A stretch of 63,342 nucleotides of DNA, filler included. It is 4 parts of 4 records of this genome, joined end to end, with 100 filler letters (N's around TTAATTAATTAA, not from the genome) between each part and the next. Parts side by side here need not be neighbours in the genome. Positions count along the whole stretch, not along the records: positions 41,222 to 56,236 come from SRR20825006_2993; positions 56,337 to 63,342 come from SRR20825006_3011; 2 more parts are not named here. One strand, given 5' to 3'. Position 1 is the first letter of the stretch. Each line of letters begins with the position of its first letter. The position numbers and the translations under genes were made by a program. The notes beneath the pieces were generated by a model that did not search any database, was not told the DNA's origin, and worked only from the letters and a program-made list of their open reading frames with translations. Below, piece after piece: positions 50,636 through 60,767 of the stretch.

Positions 50636-52654
50636 ATGCTGTTCGAATGCATCCGCACCCATAACGCCGATCAAGTCGCGCTCCGCGAAGGCGATGATAG
50701 AGTAACCTATGGCGACCTCTCCGACCTGATCGACGCACGTTGTCTTGAACTTGCAGATGTCGATGTACTGGGTATAGCACTTGATAACGGGATCGACTGG
50801 CTGGTCTGGGACCTTGCCGCCCTATCGGCCGGTATTGTATGCGTCCCGATCCCGCCATTTTTCACCCGCGATCAGATCAATCACACAATTGTGACCGCGG
50901 GCATCACCCACATGCTGACGGCTAATGGAATGGCGGAAACAGGGCAGTCGCGTTCGCCCGACATCCCCGATGGCACGGCAAAAATCACCTTCACATCCGG
51001 CACCACCGGTACGCCAAAGGGCGTTTGCCTGCCCGCATCGGCGATGATCACTGTTGCGTCTTCGATCCACGCGATGCTGGGCGATGATTTTGCTGGCACC
51101 CATGCCTGTGTGCTGCCACTTGCAGTACTTCTGGAAAATGTCGCGGGGGTTTATGCCGGTCTTCTGGCCGGGTGTACCATTACCCTGACACCGCTTGGCC
51201 AGTTCGGGCCGCAATATCAGGGCCTGCACGAAATCCTTAAGGATACCCGCGCGACATCGGTCATTCTGGTGCCTGAAATCCTGCGTGCGCTGATGATGCT
51301 GGTCATCCGCAAGGGTCGCCTTCCTGACCTTAAATTCATTGCGGTTGGTGGATCGCGTGTTGATCCTGCCCTGATTGCCAAGGCCCGCCATATCGGGCTT
51401 CCGGTTTACGAAGGATATGGTCTTTCGGAATGCGCATCGGTCGTTTCAATGAATGTACCGGGCAAAGATAAGCCCGGCACCACCGGAACGCTTTTGCCCC
51501 ATGTAAAGGCCGAGATTTCCAACGATGAAATCATCATCGAAAATCCCGGTTTCCTTGGCTATGTCGGCGAAGCAGCACCGGCCTTTCTTGCAACCGGCGA
51601 TCTGGGGCAGATTGATGACGATGGTTTCGTCTGTGTGACTGGTCGATGCAAAAATGTCCTGATCACATCGTTTGGGCGCAACATTTCCCCCGAATGGCCC
51701 GAAGCCGCCATTTTGGCCCAGCCAGGCATCTATCAGGCCATGGTCTTTGGCGATGGGGAACCGGAACTAAGCGCCCTGATCGTTCCGACCGGTCCGACCG
51801 CCGATGTCAGTGCCGCGGTTGCCGCGGCCAATGCTGGCCTGCCCGATTACGCACACATCAAACATACCCGCATCGTTGCCCCCTTTACGGTCGAAAACGG
51901 CTGCCTGACAGGCACCGGACGCCCGCGCCGCGAGGCGATTGCCAAACTTTACACATCCCCCTTGTCCGTCCCGGAGAAAACCATGAATTTTTATGATCGC
52001 CTTGTTGCCGAAACCGCCGAAGCCCGCGCGTCCCTTTATCACGTTCCCCAGCTTGTTGATGGCCTGCAAGGTCGCATTTCACGGTCAACCTATGTCGCCT
52101 ACCTGACGGAGGCATATCACCATGTCAAACACACCGTTCCCTTCCTGATGGCAATGGGATCGCGTATGCCAGATGAAAAACGCTGGCTGCACAAGGCGAT
52201 CATTGAATATCTCGAAGAAGAAGAAGGCCACGAAGAATGGATTCTCAATGATATCGAAGCCGCCGGTGGTAACCGCGAAGCCGCCCGCCAAGCGATACCG
52301 AACCTCGAAACCCAGGTGATGGTTGCCTATAACTACGACTATATCAGCCGTAAGAACCCGGTCGGTTTCCTTGGTATGGTCTTCATGCTTGAAAGCACAT
52401 CCACCCAAATCGCCAGTCAGGGTGCGGATGCCGTCATGACCGGCCTTGATTTGCCGAAATCAGCATTCAGCTATCTGTTTTCGCACGGCACCCTTGATCT
52501 TGAACACATGAAATTCTTCGAAAAGACCGTCAATCAGGTCACCGATCCGGCTGATCAGGCCGCCATCATCGAAGTCGCGCAAAACACCTTCCGGCTGTTT
52601 GCCAATCTGTTTGCGGCGATCCCGCATGAAGGACAACGTAAAAATGTTGCTTGA
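50636..52654 (+). CDS. AMP-binding enzyme fused to a heme-oxygenase-like (CADD/TenA-type) diiron domain
   Basis: FTSGTTGTPKG, YEGYGLSE, TGDLG, GRCKN; from 51983 AYHHV, EEEEGHEEW, MLE, HGTLDLEH. Confidence 0.9.
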   Translation: MLFECIRTHNADQVALREGDDRVTYGDLSDLIDARCLELADVDVLGIALDNGIDWLVWDLAALSAGIVCVPIPPFFTRDQINHTIVTAGITHMLTANGMAETGQSRSPDIPDGTAKITFTSGTTGTPKGVCLPASAMITVASSIHAMLGDDFAGTHACVLPLAVLLENVAGVYAGLLAGCTITLTPLGQFGPQYQGLHEILKDTRATSVILVPEILRALMMLVIRKGRLPDLKFIAVGGSRVDPALIAKARHIGLPVYEGYGLSECASVVSMNVPGKDKPGTTGTLLPHVKAEISNDEIIIENPGFLGYVGEAAPAFLATGDLGQIDDDGFVCVTGRCKNVLITSFGRNISPEWPEAAILAQPGIYQAMVFGDGEPELSALIVPTGPTADVSAAVAAANAGLPDYAHIKHTRIVAPFTVENGCLTGTGRPRREAIAKLYTSPLSVPEKTMNFYDRLVAETAEARASLYHVPQLVDGLQGRISRSTYVAYLTEAYHHVKHTVPFLMAMGSRMPDEKRWLHKAIIEYLEEEEGHEEWILNDIEAAGGNREAARQAIPNLETQVMVAYNYDYISRKNPVGFLGMVFMLESTSTQIASQGADAVMTGLDLPKSAFSYLFSHGTLDLEHMKFFEKTVNQVTDPADQAAIIEVAQNTFRLFANLFAAIPHEGQRKNVA

Positions 52655-53429
52655 TGGAAAATCCGTTTTCCTGACGGGCGCGACTGGCGGCATTGGCATG
52701 CCACTGGTCAACCTGCTGATCGAACGCGGGTCAAATGTCGTTGCCTATGACCGCACGACGCAGGGCAACCTGATGGAAAGCATCGATACGACCTGCAAGG
52801 CATTGCGTGAACACACACCCGACATCCTGATCAATCTGGCTGGGATCAATGATTTCAATCATGCCGAAGATCAGGATTACGACGCGCTTGTGACGCTGAA
52901 CCTTTTGGTGCCAATGCGCCTGTGCCAGGCCGTTCTTCCGGCCATGCGCAAACGCGGTAGCGGTCAGATCGTCAATATCGGATCAATGACCGGATTGATC
53001 CCGTTGCCCCATATGACCGGCTATGTCGCAGCCAAATCCGGGCTTAAGGGATATAGCGATGCGCTGCGTCGTGAACTGTCCGGCACGGGCATCACCATAA
53101 GTCACATCGCCCCGCGTGCGGTTCGTACCACCATGAACAGCGGCAAGGCAGGGCTGCTTAACCGTCGCACAAATGTCACCGAAGACGATCCACGTGACGT
53201 TGCCCGTCAGATCGTCAATGCGATTGAACAAGACAAAACCGATGTTCGGATCGGCTGGCCGGAACGGCTTTTTGCCCTGATCAATGCCGTCATACCGAGC
53301 ATCGTCGACAGGGGACTTCGTAAAAACACCACCATCGGCGAAGAAATCCTCACGGCCGAGCAGGTAGTTGCACCAATCCCCCTGATCGCCAACAAACAGG
53401 ACGCCAACCCAAGGAGCCACCCGGCATGA
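52644..53429 (+). CDS. SDR family oxidoreductase
   Basis: TGATGGIG, NLAG, NIGS, YVAAK, IGWPER; overlaps both neighbours. Confidence 0.92.
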   Translation: MLLDGKSVFLTGATGGIGMPLVNLLIERGSNVVAYDRTTQGNLMESIDTTCKALREHTPDILINLAGINDFNHAEDQDYDALVTLNLLVPMRLCQAVLPAMRKRGSGQIVNIGSMTGLIPLPHMTGYVAAKSGLKGYSDALRRELSGTGITISHIAPRAVRTTMNSGKAGLLNRRTNVTEDDPRDVARQIVNAIEQDKTDVRIGWPERLFALINAVIPSIVDRGLRKNTTIGEEILTAEQVVAPIPLIANKQDANPRSHPA

Positions 53430-54094
53430 AAATCACCTGTTTTGCCATGATATGCGCCTTTGCGCTTGGCCTGCCTTTGTCTGCCAATGCCGACACGGCC
53501 AATAACGAGGCCATGAATGGCGTTGCCCATCTGCAGGAAGAATGGGCCCGCATCAAGTACCAGATGACGGATGAAAAACAGCAGCTTGATGCCATTCACC
53601 AACTTGAAACCGAGGGCGAAAGTCTGCTGAACCTCTATCCGGATAGTCCCGAAGTCATGATCTGGCAGGGTATTGTCCTGTCGACCGATGCCGGTATCGT
53701 GCGCGGCATTTCCGCCCTTGGCAAAGTAAACGACGCGCGCGATTTGTTTGAAAAGTCGATTACCCTCGATCCAACAGCACTTGATGGATCGGCCTATACG
53801 TCACTGGGATCGCTTTATTATCAGGTGCCCCCATGGCCGCTTGCCTTTGGCAGTGACAGCAAGGCCGAAGAATTCCTGAAAAAGGCTTTGGAACTTAATC
53901 CTGACGGGATTGACCCTAACTATTTCTATGGCGATTTCCTGCTTCAGAATAATCATTACACCGAAGCCAAGGTTTATCTGGAAAAAGCATTGAACGCACC
54001 CGAGCGCCCCGGCCGCGCATCGGCGGATGCCGGACGTCGGGCGGAAATAGCCAAGGCACTAAATGAAATCGCGCAGGAAGTTTCCAAAAACTAA
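53426..54094 (+). CDS. exported TPR protein
   Basis: Signal peptide, GSAYTSLGSLYYQVP.WP..FG, PDGIDPNYFYG, AD.GRR. Confidence 0.88.
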   Translation: MKITCFAMICAFALGLPLSANADTANNEAMNGVAHLQEEWARIKYQMTDEKQQLDAIHQLETEGESLLNLYPDSPEVMIWQGIVLSTDAGIVRGISALGKVNDARDLFEKSITLDPTALDGSAYTSLGSLYYQVPPWPLAFGSDSKAEEFLKKALELNPDGIDPNYFYGDFLLQNNHYTEAKVYLEKALNAPERPGRASADAGRRAEIAKALNEIAQEVSKN

Positions 54095-54123
54095 CCTTGA
54101 CGAACAGCACAATTCCCCAAACG

Positions 54124-54160
54124 AAACAAGGCCGGGGAACACAAACCCAGCCTTGTATTT
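54124..54160. terminator. bidirectional terminator
   Basis: ACAAGGC.GGG...CCC.GCCTTGT between convergent genes. Confidence 0.6.
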
Positions 54161-54178
54161 TGATGCCTTCGGAACACT

Positions 54179-55537
54179 TTAATCGACGATTTCGGTCATG
54201 TCTTTTGGGCCGATTTCGTCTTTCTTTCCGTCTTCGGGCTTGGTTTCAACCTGCTTGGGGGCTGTATCATCGGGTTTTGGCAAATCAAGCAGGGCAGCAA
54301 TTTCAACATCCAGAACGGATTTTCGCGTTTTTTCCAGTTCCACCAGACGTTCGCGCATGGCTCCTGGCCAACCGCCATCGGCATTAACCAGAAGCAACCG
54401 GTCATAATCCAGAAACAGCCCCAGTCTGGACATCAGATCCACCAGCGTGATCCGCGACAGATCGCCTGATAAAAGCCAGCGGTGGCTTTCGGACCGTTCA
54501 ATCAGCTTTTCACGCCGAAGGGCCGCCAAGGCCCAGTTAAGATCCCGCCCGCCCAGCTTGGTTTCGCGCAACATGCGGCGATAGGTCGGCGGTTTGGTTG
54601 CTTCGCGGAAACCATGTTGCAAATATTCCAGAACGCGTAACACCGCGATAATGCGTTCCATATGGCCGGGCACGGCACCCCGCGGATCGGGGATCAGCCC
54701 AGCGGCACGTGCCGCACGCCATTCGGATCGCGCGGCAGCAACCTGTGCGCCCAGCAGCACAACAATCCAGGTCAGATACATCCATAACAGGAAGATCGGT
54801 ACAATCGCCACGGCGCCATAGATCGTCTGATAGGTCGGGAAATTAATAACGTAATACCCGAACCCTTTTTTAAGCGCCTCGAACAATCCAGCCGCCACCA
54901 AGCCGCCCAAAATACCGTCAATGATCACGACAGAACGGTTCGGCATGCCGATAAACAAAAGCGAGAAGGCAATCGAGGATAGCAGGAAAGGGGCCAAAAA
55001 CGTCAATTGCCCGATATGTTCACCCAGCCCGTCGCCCCCGACCATATAGCGCATGGCAAAAATATAGGATGCCACCGAAAGGCTCAGCCCCAGCAACATC
55101 GGCCCGACCGTCAGCAAGGTCCAGAAAACGACGAGTTTCGCCAAAAGTTTGCGCGGAGTGGTAACGCGAAACACATCGTTCATCGCACCTTCGATCGCAG
55201 CAAGCAGCATGACCGCGGTCAAGGCCAGCACAATCGTGCCCACCGCTGTCATCTGGCCGGTATTCTGAAGGAAATTGCTGAGGTAACCTGTCACCTGTTC
55301 GCCAGTTTCGGGCAGAAAATTGTTCAGGACCACGCCCATGATCTGGTCCTTCCACTGTTCAAAAACCGGGAAGGCCGACAATACCGTAAGCGCAACAGCA
55401 AGGAACGGAACCATGGCAAGAAGGGTTGTATAAGAAAGCCCCGCTGCGCGTTCGACGGATTTGTCATGCACAAATCGCATAATGGCGTAGCGCCAAAATC
55501 CAGTGCGGTCCTTAAGTAATTGGCCGATTGGAACCAT
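54179..55537 (-). CDS. YihY/BrkB family membrane protein with C-terminal extension
   Basis: AA.LSYTTLLAMVP, YQTIYGA.A.VPIFLLW.Y..W.VVL.GA; start placed at MVPIGQ. Confidence 0.9.
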   Translation of the reverse strand: MVPIGQLLKDRTGFWRYAIMRFVHDKSVERAAGLSYTTLLAMVPFLAVALTVLSAFPVFEQWKDQIMGVVLNNFLPETGEQVTGYLSNFLQNTGQMTAVGTIVLALTAVMLLAAIEGAMNDVFRVTTPRKLLAKLVVFWTLLTVGPMLLGLSLSVASYIFAMRYMVGGDGLGEHIGQLTFLAPFLLSSIAFSLLFIGMPNRSVVIIDGILGGLVAAGLFEALKKGFGYYVINFPTYQTIYGAVAIVPIFLLWMYLTWIVVLLGAQVAAARSEWRAARAAGLIPDPRGAVPGHMERIIAVLRVLEYLQHGFREATKPPTYRRMLRETKLGGRDLNWALAALRREKLIERSESHRWLLSGDLSRITLVDLMSRLGLFLDYDRLLLVNADGGWPGAMRERLVELEKTRKSVLDVEIAALLDLPKPDDTAPKQVETKPEDGKKDEIGPKDMTEIVD

Positions 55538-55738
55538 TAAACACTTATCCCTGCACGATTTCTGGTTATAGTGTAACTGATCAACAGGATAACGTGACCG
55601 CACAAGATAAAACAGGCCAGATTGACCTTGGCTTCGCTTTGTGTAGGATGCGCCCAATGTCAAATGCCTCCTGTGTGGGCCACAGCTTTGTTCCGCGCTG
55701 CCCCGCACCAGAGAGAGATCGTGGGAACGAGAGGGAAA

Positions 55739-56236
55739 ATGAGCTTTTCCGCCGAAAACATTTCTGGCCTGATGGCTGGCAAGCGTGGCCTGATCATGGG
55801 CGTCGCGAACGATAAATCGATTGCCTGGGGGATTGCGCGTACCGTGGCCGCCGCTGGCGCCGAGGTTGCTTTTACCTATCAGGGTGAAGCCCTTGAAAAG
55901 CGCGTCCGCCCATTGGCGGAGTCTGTTGGCAGCGACACCGTTCTGCCCTGCGACGTGACCGACGCGGCCAGTATGGACGCCGTTTTTGAAACATTGAAAG
56001 AAAAATGGGGCAAGCTGGACTTCGTCGTGCATGCCATCGGTTTTTCTGACAAAAACGAACTGCGCGGGCGCTATGTCGATACCTCGCCGGAAAATTTTGC
56101 GATGTCGATGAACATTTCGGTCTACTCCTTTACCGCGATTGCACAGCGCGCGGAAAAACTGATGACCGATGGTGGTTCGCTTCTGACCCTGTCCTATTAC
56201 GGGGCGGAAAAGGTGATGCCGCATTACAACGTCATG
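55739..56236 (+). CDS. fabI: enoyl-ACP reductase, 5' part
   Basis: GKRGLIMGVAN..SIAWGIA, ISVYSF, P.YNVM. Confidence 0.95.
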
Positions 56237-56336
56237 NNNNNNNNNNNNNNNNNNNNNNNNNNNNNNNNNNNNNNNNNNNNTTAATTAATTAANNNNNNNN
56301 NNNNNNNNNNNNNNNNNNNNNNNNNNNNNNNNNNNN
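56237..56336. other. artificial contig linker
   Basis: N44-TTAATTAATTAA-N44. Confidence 0.99.
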
Positions 56337-56772
56337 CGAGGTCATGCCGATGGGCGATCTGGGCAATGAGGACCGCGTGGGCCAGTATTGGGCCTTGGAC
56401 GATTTGCGCGCGCAGCTTGCAACACAGTTCACCCTCACCGATCTGACGGAACGCACGGGCGGTCCGGCGCGCTATATTCGCCTTGAAGAAACCGGGCAAA
56501 AGATCGGGTTGATCACGCCTTTGACCCATAATTTCTGCGAAAGCTGCAACCGGGTCCGGATGACCTGCACCGGCGAATTGTACATGTGCCTGGGCCAAGA
56601 GGACAACGCCTCTCTGCGCGACATTCTACGCGCCTCGCCCGAAGATGACGCCCCTTTGATTGCTGCCATCGAGGCCGCAATCCTGCGCAAACCCAAAGGC
56701 CATGACTTTGATTATTCGCGGCAAAAGGCGGATGGTCAGGTCTCGCGCCACATGTCGCACACGGGTGGGTGA
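56337..56772 (+). CDS. moaA: GTP 3',8-cyclase, 3' part
   Basis: [22 protein letters not shown], terminal MSHTGG. Confidence 0.95.
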
Positions 56773-56783
56773 GCTTTGAAAGC

Positions 56784-57134
56784 TCAGACCCAAACCACAG
56801 CCACAAGCGCGACCAATGCCGGAACGGTTTGAATAAACAGGATTTTGCGCGACGAACTGATCGCGCCATAAATCCCGGCCACGGCCACACAAAGCAGGAA
56901 AAACACCACCACATCGGCCTTTGCGGCCGCCAGCCCCCAAATCAACCCCGCTGCCAGAAAGCCGTTATAGAGCCCTTGGTTCGCGGCCAGAGCCTTGGTC
57001 GATTTGGCAAACTCTTCGCTGGTGCCAAAGGATTTTCGGGTGCGCGGGCGCTCCCACGCAAACATTTCCAGGTAGAAAATATAAACATGCAGCAAGGCCA
57101 CCAAGGCGGCCAGAAAAATGGCGAAAAAAGACAT
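56784..57134 (-). CDS. DUF1304 membrane protein
   Basis: H.YI..LEMF.W, LAANQGLYNGFLA, Q..PA. Confidence 0.9.
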   Translation of the reverse strand: MSFFAIFLAALVALLHVYIFYLEMFAWERPRTRKSFGTSEEFAKSTKALAANQGLYNGFLAAGLIWGLAAAKADVVVFFLLCVAVAGIYGAISSSRKILFIQTVPALVALVAVVWV

Positions 57135-57207
57135 GTTCACTCCCGAAAGCCGAGTTTGACGGCCCCGATCGGGACCGCCTGTTTCCTTAGCTGATCACCG
57201 TTTCACA

Positions 57208-58371
57208 TCACGCCGCAGGCAGGCGGCTTTCCACCATTTCGGCATACCAAGAACAGCCCGCAGGCAGGGTCTCATCGTTGAACATATATTTCGGGTGATG
57301 CACCGGGGCACCGGGGCCGTTGCCGACGATGATATAGGCTCCGGGACGTTCCTCAAGCATATAGGCAAAATCCTCGCCCCCCATGACCAGCGGGTATTCC
57401 CCACAGCCGCCCGACACTTTGGTGGCAGCTTCAATCGCGTATTCGGTTTCTTGGTCGTGGTTGACCATCACCGGGTAGCCGCGGTGATAATTGACCTCGA
57501 TCTCAGCCCCGTAAGTGGCGCCCACGCCCGCACAGATCGCTTTGATCCGCTCTTCGGCCTGATCACGAATGCCTGCGTCGAGTGTGCGCACGGTGCCTTT
57601 CAACAGCACACTGGCGGGCAGCACGTTATGGGCTTTTGAGGAGGATTCGATGGTGCAGACGGAGACCACGATTTGTTCGGTCGGATCGACATTGCGCGAG
57701 GCAATGGTTTGCAGCGCCAGCACAAGATGCGCGGCGGTCACGGTGCTGTCGACGGTTTCATGCGGCTTGGCGGCATGGCCCCCCTTGCCACGCACCACGA
57801 GGTCGAACTCGTCGGCCGCGGCAAAAAACGGGCCCGGACGGATCGCGAATGTGCCGGTCTCCAAGTTCGGCCAATTGTGCATGCCATACACTTCGTCAAT
57901 GCCGAAACGGTCCATCAACCCCTCTTCGCACATCACCCGGCCACCGCCGCCACCCTCTTCGGCAGGCTGGAAAATCATCACGGCGGTGCCGTCGAAATTC
58001 CGGGTTTCACAAAGATATTTGGCCGCGCCCAAAAGCATCGAGGTGTGGCCATCGTGACCGCAGGCGTGCATGACGCCTGGATTTTTCGACGCATACTCCG
58101 CCCCGGTTTCCTCCAAGATCGGCAATGCATCCATATCGGCGCGCAACCCAATGGTGCGGCCTTTGGTGTCGGTTTTGCCTTTGATCACCCCCACGACCCC
58201 GGTTTTGGCCATGCCTTCGACCACCTCGTCACACCCGAACTCACGCAACAAATCCGCGACCTTTTTCGACGTGCGCGGCAGGTCGAATTGCAGCTCAGGG
58301 TTTTCGTGGATGTCCCGTCGCCATGCGGTGATTTCGGGAAGCATTTCTGCGAGGCGGTTTTTGATCGGCAT
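57208..58371 (-). CDS. M20D amidohydrolase (hippurate hydrolase-like)
   Basis: RADMDALP, MHACGHDGH, FQPAEE, GGHAA.PH, EDF. Confidence 0.95.
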   Translation of the reverse strand: MPIKNRLAEMLPEITAWRRDIHENPELQFDLPRTSKKVADLLREFGCDEVVEGMAKTGVVGVIKGKTDTKGRTIGLRADMDALPILEETGAEYASKNPGVMHACGHDGHTSMLLGAAKYLCETRNFDGTAVMIFQPAEEGGGGGRVMCEEGLMDRFGIDEVYGMHNWPNLETGTFAIRPGPFFAAADEFDLVVRGKGGHAAKPHETVDSTVTAAHLVLALQTIASRNVDPTEQIVVSVCTIESSSKAHNVLPASVLLKGTVRTLDAGIRDQAEERIKAICAGVGATYGAEIEVNYHRGYPVMVNHDQETEYAIEAATKVSGGCGEYPLVMGGEDFAYMLEERPGAYIIVGNGPGAPVHHPKYMFNDETLPAGCSWYAEMVESRLPAA

Positions 58372-58702
58372 TTTGGGCTCCGAGGGTCATGTGAAAAGGC
58401 CGCCCGATGGGGCATCTGGCCTGAGGTCGCGTTTAAGGGACGGCGATGACGCGCCCGAGGCAAGTGCCGATTTCGCACAGCCCCCCTGTTCGCGATTGAA
58501 TAAGGTGAAAGTGATCGTGCTTTGTGCGAAGGTCAAGGGAATGTGCCACAAAATTTATCGCGTGGTAAAAAAAGTTACAAAAAACGTCACGTTGGGTCTT
58601 GCGGCCTCGGTCCGAGGTGATACCGTTTGAACAATTCAAGCCCCGGACAGCCGGAGCAAACATAACAAAAGTCAACAACACCAACAACTTGGGGGTCTGC
58701 GC

Positions 58703-59710
58703 ATGGCCGATGGGGCCGCACCCGTGCTCAATGTCCGGGACCTGACGACTGTTTTTAAAACACGGTCCGGTGCCGTTCATGCCGTGAATTCCGTTTCCTT
58801 CTCGCTCAAGCCCGGTGAATTATTAGGCATTGTTGGCGAGTCTGGTTCGGGCAAATCCGTGACGATGATGTCGCTCATTGGGCTGATCCCCGCTCCGCCT
58901 GCGATTGTGTCGGGCGAGGCGGTTGAATTTGGCGGCCTTGATTTGCTGACAGCAAGCGACGATGAGCTGCGGCGCATTCGTGGCGCACGCATCGGCTTTG
59001 TCTTCCAGGATCCGATGACCTCGCTGAACCCGGTGTTCACCATCGGCTATCAGATCATGGAGCCACTCAGAAAGCACATGGGGATGACCAAACCGGAGGC
59101 GCGCGCGCGGGCGCAGGCGCTTTTGGAATTGGTCGGCATTCCTGATGCCGAGCGGCGGTTGAAAGACTATCCGCACCAGTTTTCCGGCGGGATGCGCCAA
59201 CGGGTGATGATCGCCATCGCGCTGGCCTGTGATCCCGAAGTGTTGATCGCCGATGAACCGACAACCGCGCTCGATGTGACCATTCAGGCGCAGATTTTGG
59301 AATTGATGCATGAGCTGCGCGCCAAATTGGGCATGGCGGTGATTTGGATCACCCATGATCTGGGCGTGATTGCCGGCATCGCGGACCGGGTTTTGGTGAT
59401 GTATGGCGGGCAGATTGTTGAACACGCCGATGTGCGCGACCTGTTCAAACAGCCGCGCCACCCCTACACCCGCGCATTGTTGCAAACCGTGCCACGGGTA
59501 CGGGGTGAACGCGCCGAGCGGTTGGAAGTGATCGAAGGCCAGCCGCCGATCCTGCATGCCGCCCCCTCAAGCTGTTCTTTCGCGGCGCGCTGCCCCTTTT
59601 CCTTTGAGCGTTGCTTGCGTGAAAACCCGGCCCGCTTTGAGGTCGGCCCCGGTCACGATGCCGCCTGTTTTTATGATTTTGATGCCGGAGGCCCGCGCGA
59701 TGTTGGATGA
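58703..59710 (+). CDS. peptide ABC transporter ATPase (OppD/DppD)
   Basis: [29 protein letters not shown], Cys-rich tail. Confidence 0.95.
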   Translation: MADGAAPVLNVRDLTTVFKTRSGAVHAVNSVSFSLKPGELLGIVGESGSGKSVTMMSLIGLIPAPPAIVSGEAVEFGGLDLLTASDDELRRIRGARIGFVFQDPMTSLNPVFTIGYQIMEPLRKHMGMTKPEARARAQALLELVGIPDAERRLKDYPHQFSGGMRQRVMIAIALACDPEVLIADEPTTALDVTIQAQILELMHELRAKLGMAVIWITHDLGVIAGIADRVLVMYGGQIVEHADVRDLFKQPRHPYTRALLQTVPRVRGERAERLEVIEGQPPILHAAPSSCSFAARCPFSFERCLRENPARFEVGPGHDAACFYDFDAGGPRDVG

Positions 59711-60716
59711 TCCGAAAGTGTCTAAAATCCTGGTCGAAGTGCGCGATCTCAAGATGCATTTTCCAATCCACGCCGGTGTTTTGAAAAAACGCGTTGGCGA
59801 GGTGAAGGCGGTCGATGGCATAAGCTTTGACATTTACGAGGGCGAAACGCTTGGCCTTGTAGGCGAATCCGGTTGTGGCAAATCCACGGTCGGGCGGGCG
59901 ATTTTGCGGCTTTATGACATCACCGAAGGCTCGGTCAAAATCGACGGCATCGAGATCGGTCATACGCCACAGCCCGATCTGCGCACCATGCGTCCGACGA
60001 TGCAAATGGTGTTCCAAGACCCGCAAGCCTCGCTCAATCCGCGCATGTCGGTGTCCGCCATCATTGGCGAGCCATTGGACGAGCACACCAAGATGAGCAA
60101 AACTGAGAAACGCGCCAAGGTGATGGATCTGATGGATCAGGTCGGCCTGAACCGCGATTTTGCCAATCGCTATCCGCATGAATTTTCCGGCGGTCAAAGG
60201 CAACGGATCGGCATCGCCCGCGCCTTGGCGTTGAATCCGAAATTCATCGTCTGTGACGAACCGATCGCCGCACTCGATGTGTCGATCCAAGCGCAGGTGG
60301 TAAACCTTTTGGAGGATTTGCAGGCCGAACATGGCTTGACCTACCTGTTTATTTCGCATGACCTGTCGATGGTGCGCCATATCGCGGACCGGGTGGCGGT
60401 GATGTATCTGGGCCGGGTGGTCGAATTGGCCAGCCGCGAGCAATTATATGCGGCCCCCAAACACCCCTACACCCAAGCGCTTTTGTCCGCCGTGCCCGAA
60501 CCCGATCCGTGGATCGAGGATAAAATCGAGCGGGTGATTTTGCAGGGCGATGTGCCCTCCCCCGCCAACCCGCCGAAGGGCTGTAATTTTTGTACGCGCT
60601 GTCCGCAGGTCATGGAGATTTGCAAAACGGACGAGCCACCGACATTTGAGATCGCACCCGGCCATGTGACCGCCTGCCATCTTTATTCCGCAACAAACAC
60701 AGAGAGCGTCAGTTAA
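59700..60716 (+). CDS. peptide ABC transporter ATPase (OppF/DppF)
   Basis: GESGCGKS, FSGGQRQR, DEP..ALDVSIQ, GC.F..RCP. Confidence 0.95.
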   Translation: MLDDPKVSKILVEVRDLKMHFPIHAGVLKKRVGEVKAVDGISFDIYEGETLGLVGESGCGKSTVGRAILRLYDITEGSVKIDGIEIGHTPQPDLRTMRPTMQMVFQDPQASLNPRMSVSAIIGEPLDEHTKMSKTEKRAKVMDLMDQVGLNRDFANRYPHEFSGGQRQRIGIARALALNPKFIVCDEPIAALDVSIQAQVVNLLEDLQAEHGLTYLFISHDLSMVRHIADRVAVMYLGRVVELASREQLYAAPKHPYTQALLSAVPEPDPWIEDKIERVILQGDVPSPANPPKGCNFCTRCPQVMEICKTDEPPTFEIAPGHVTACHLYSATNTESVS

Positions 60717-60767
60717 GGCGCCGGTCCACCGAGGACAAAAAGAGCATCCAACAAGGAGAGGTTAATT

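Noticed and set aside
55538-56224. 229-aa N-terminal extension of the YihY ORF
   Set aside because: Antisense shadow of fabI; the real start is near 55537.
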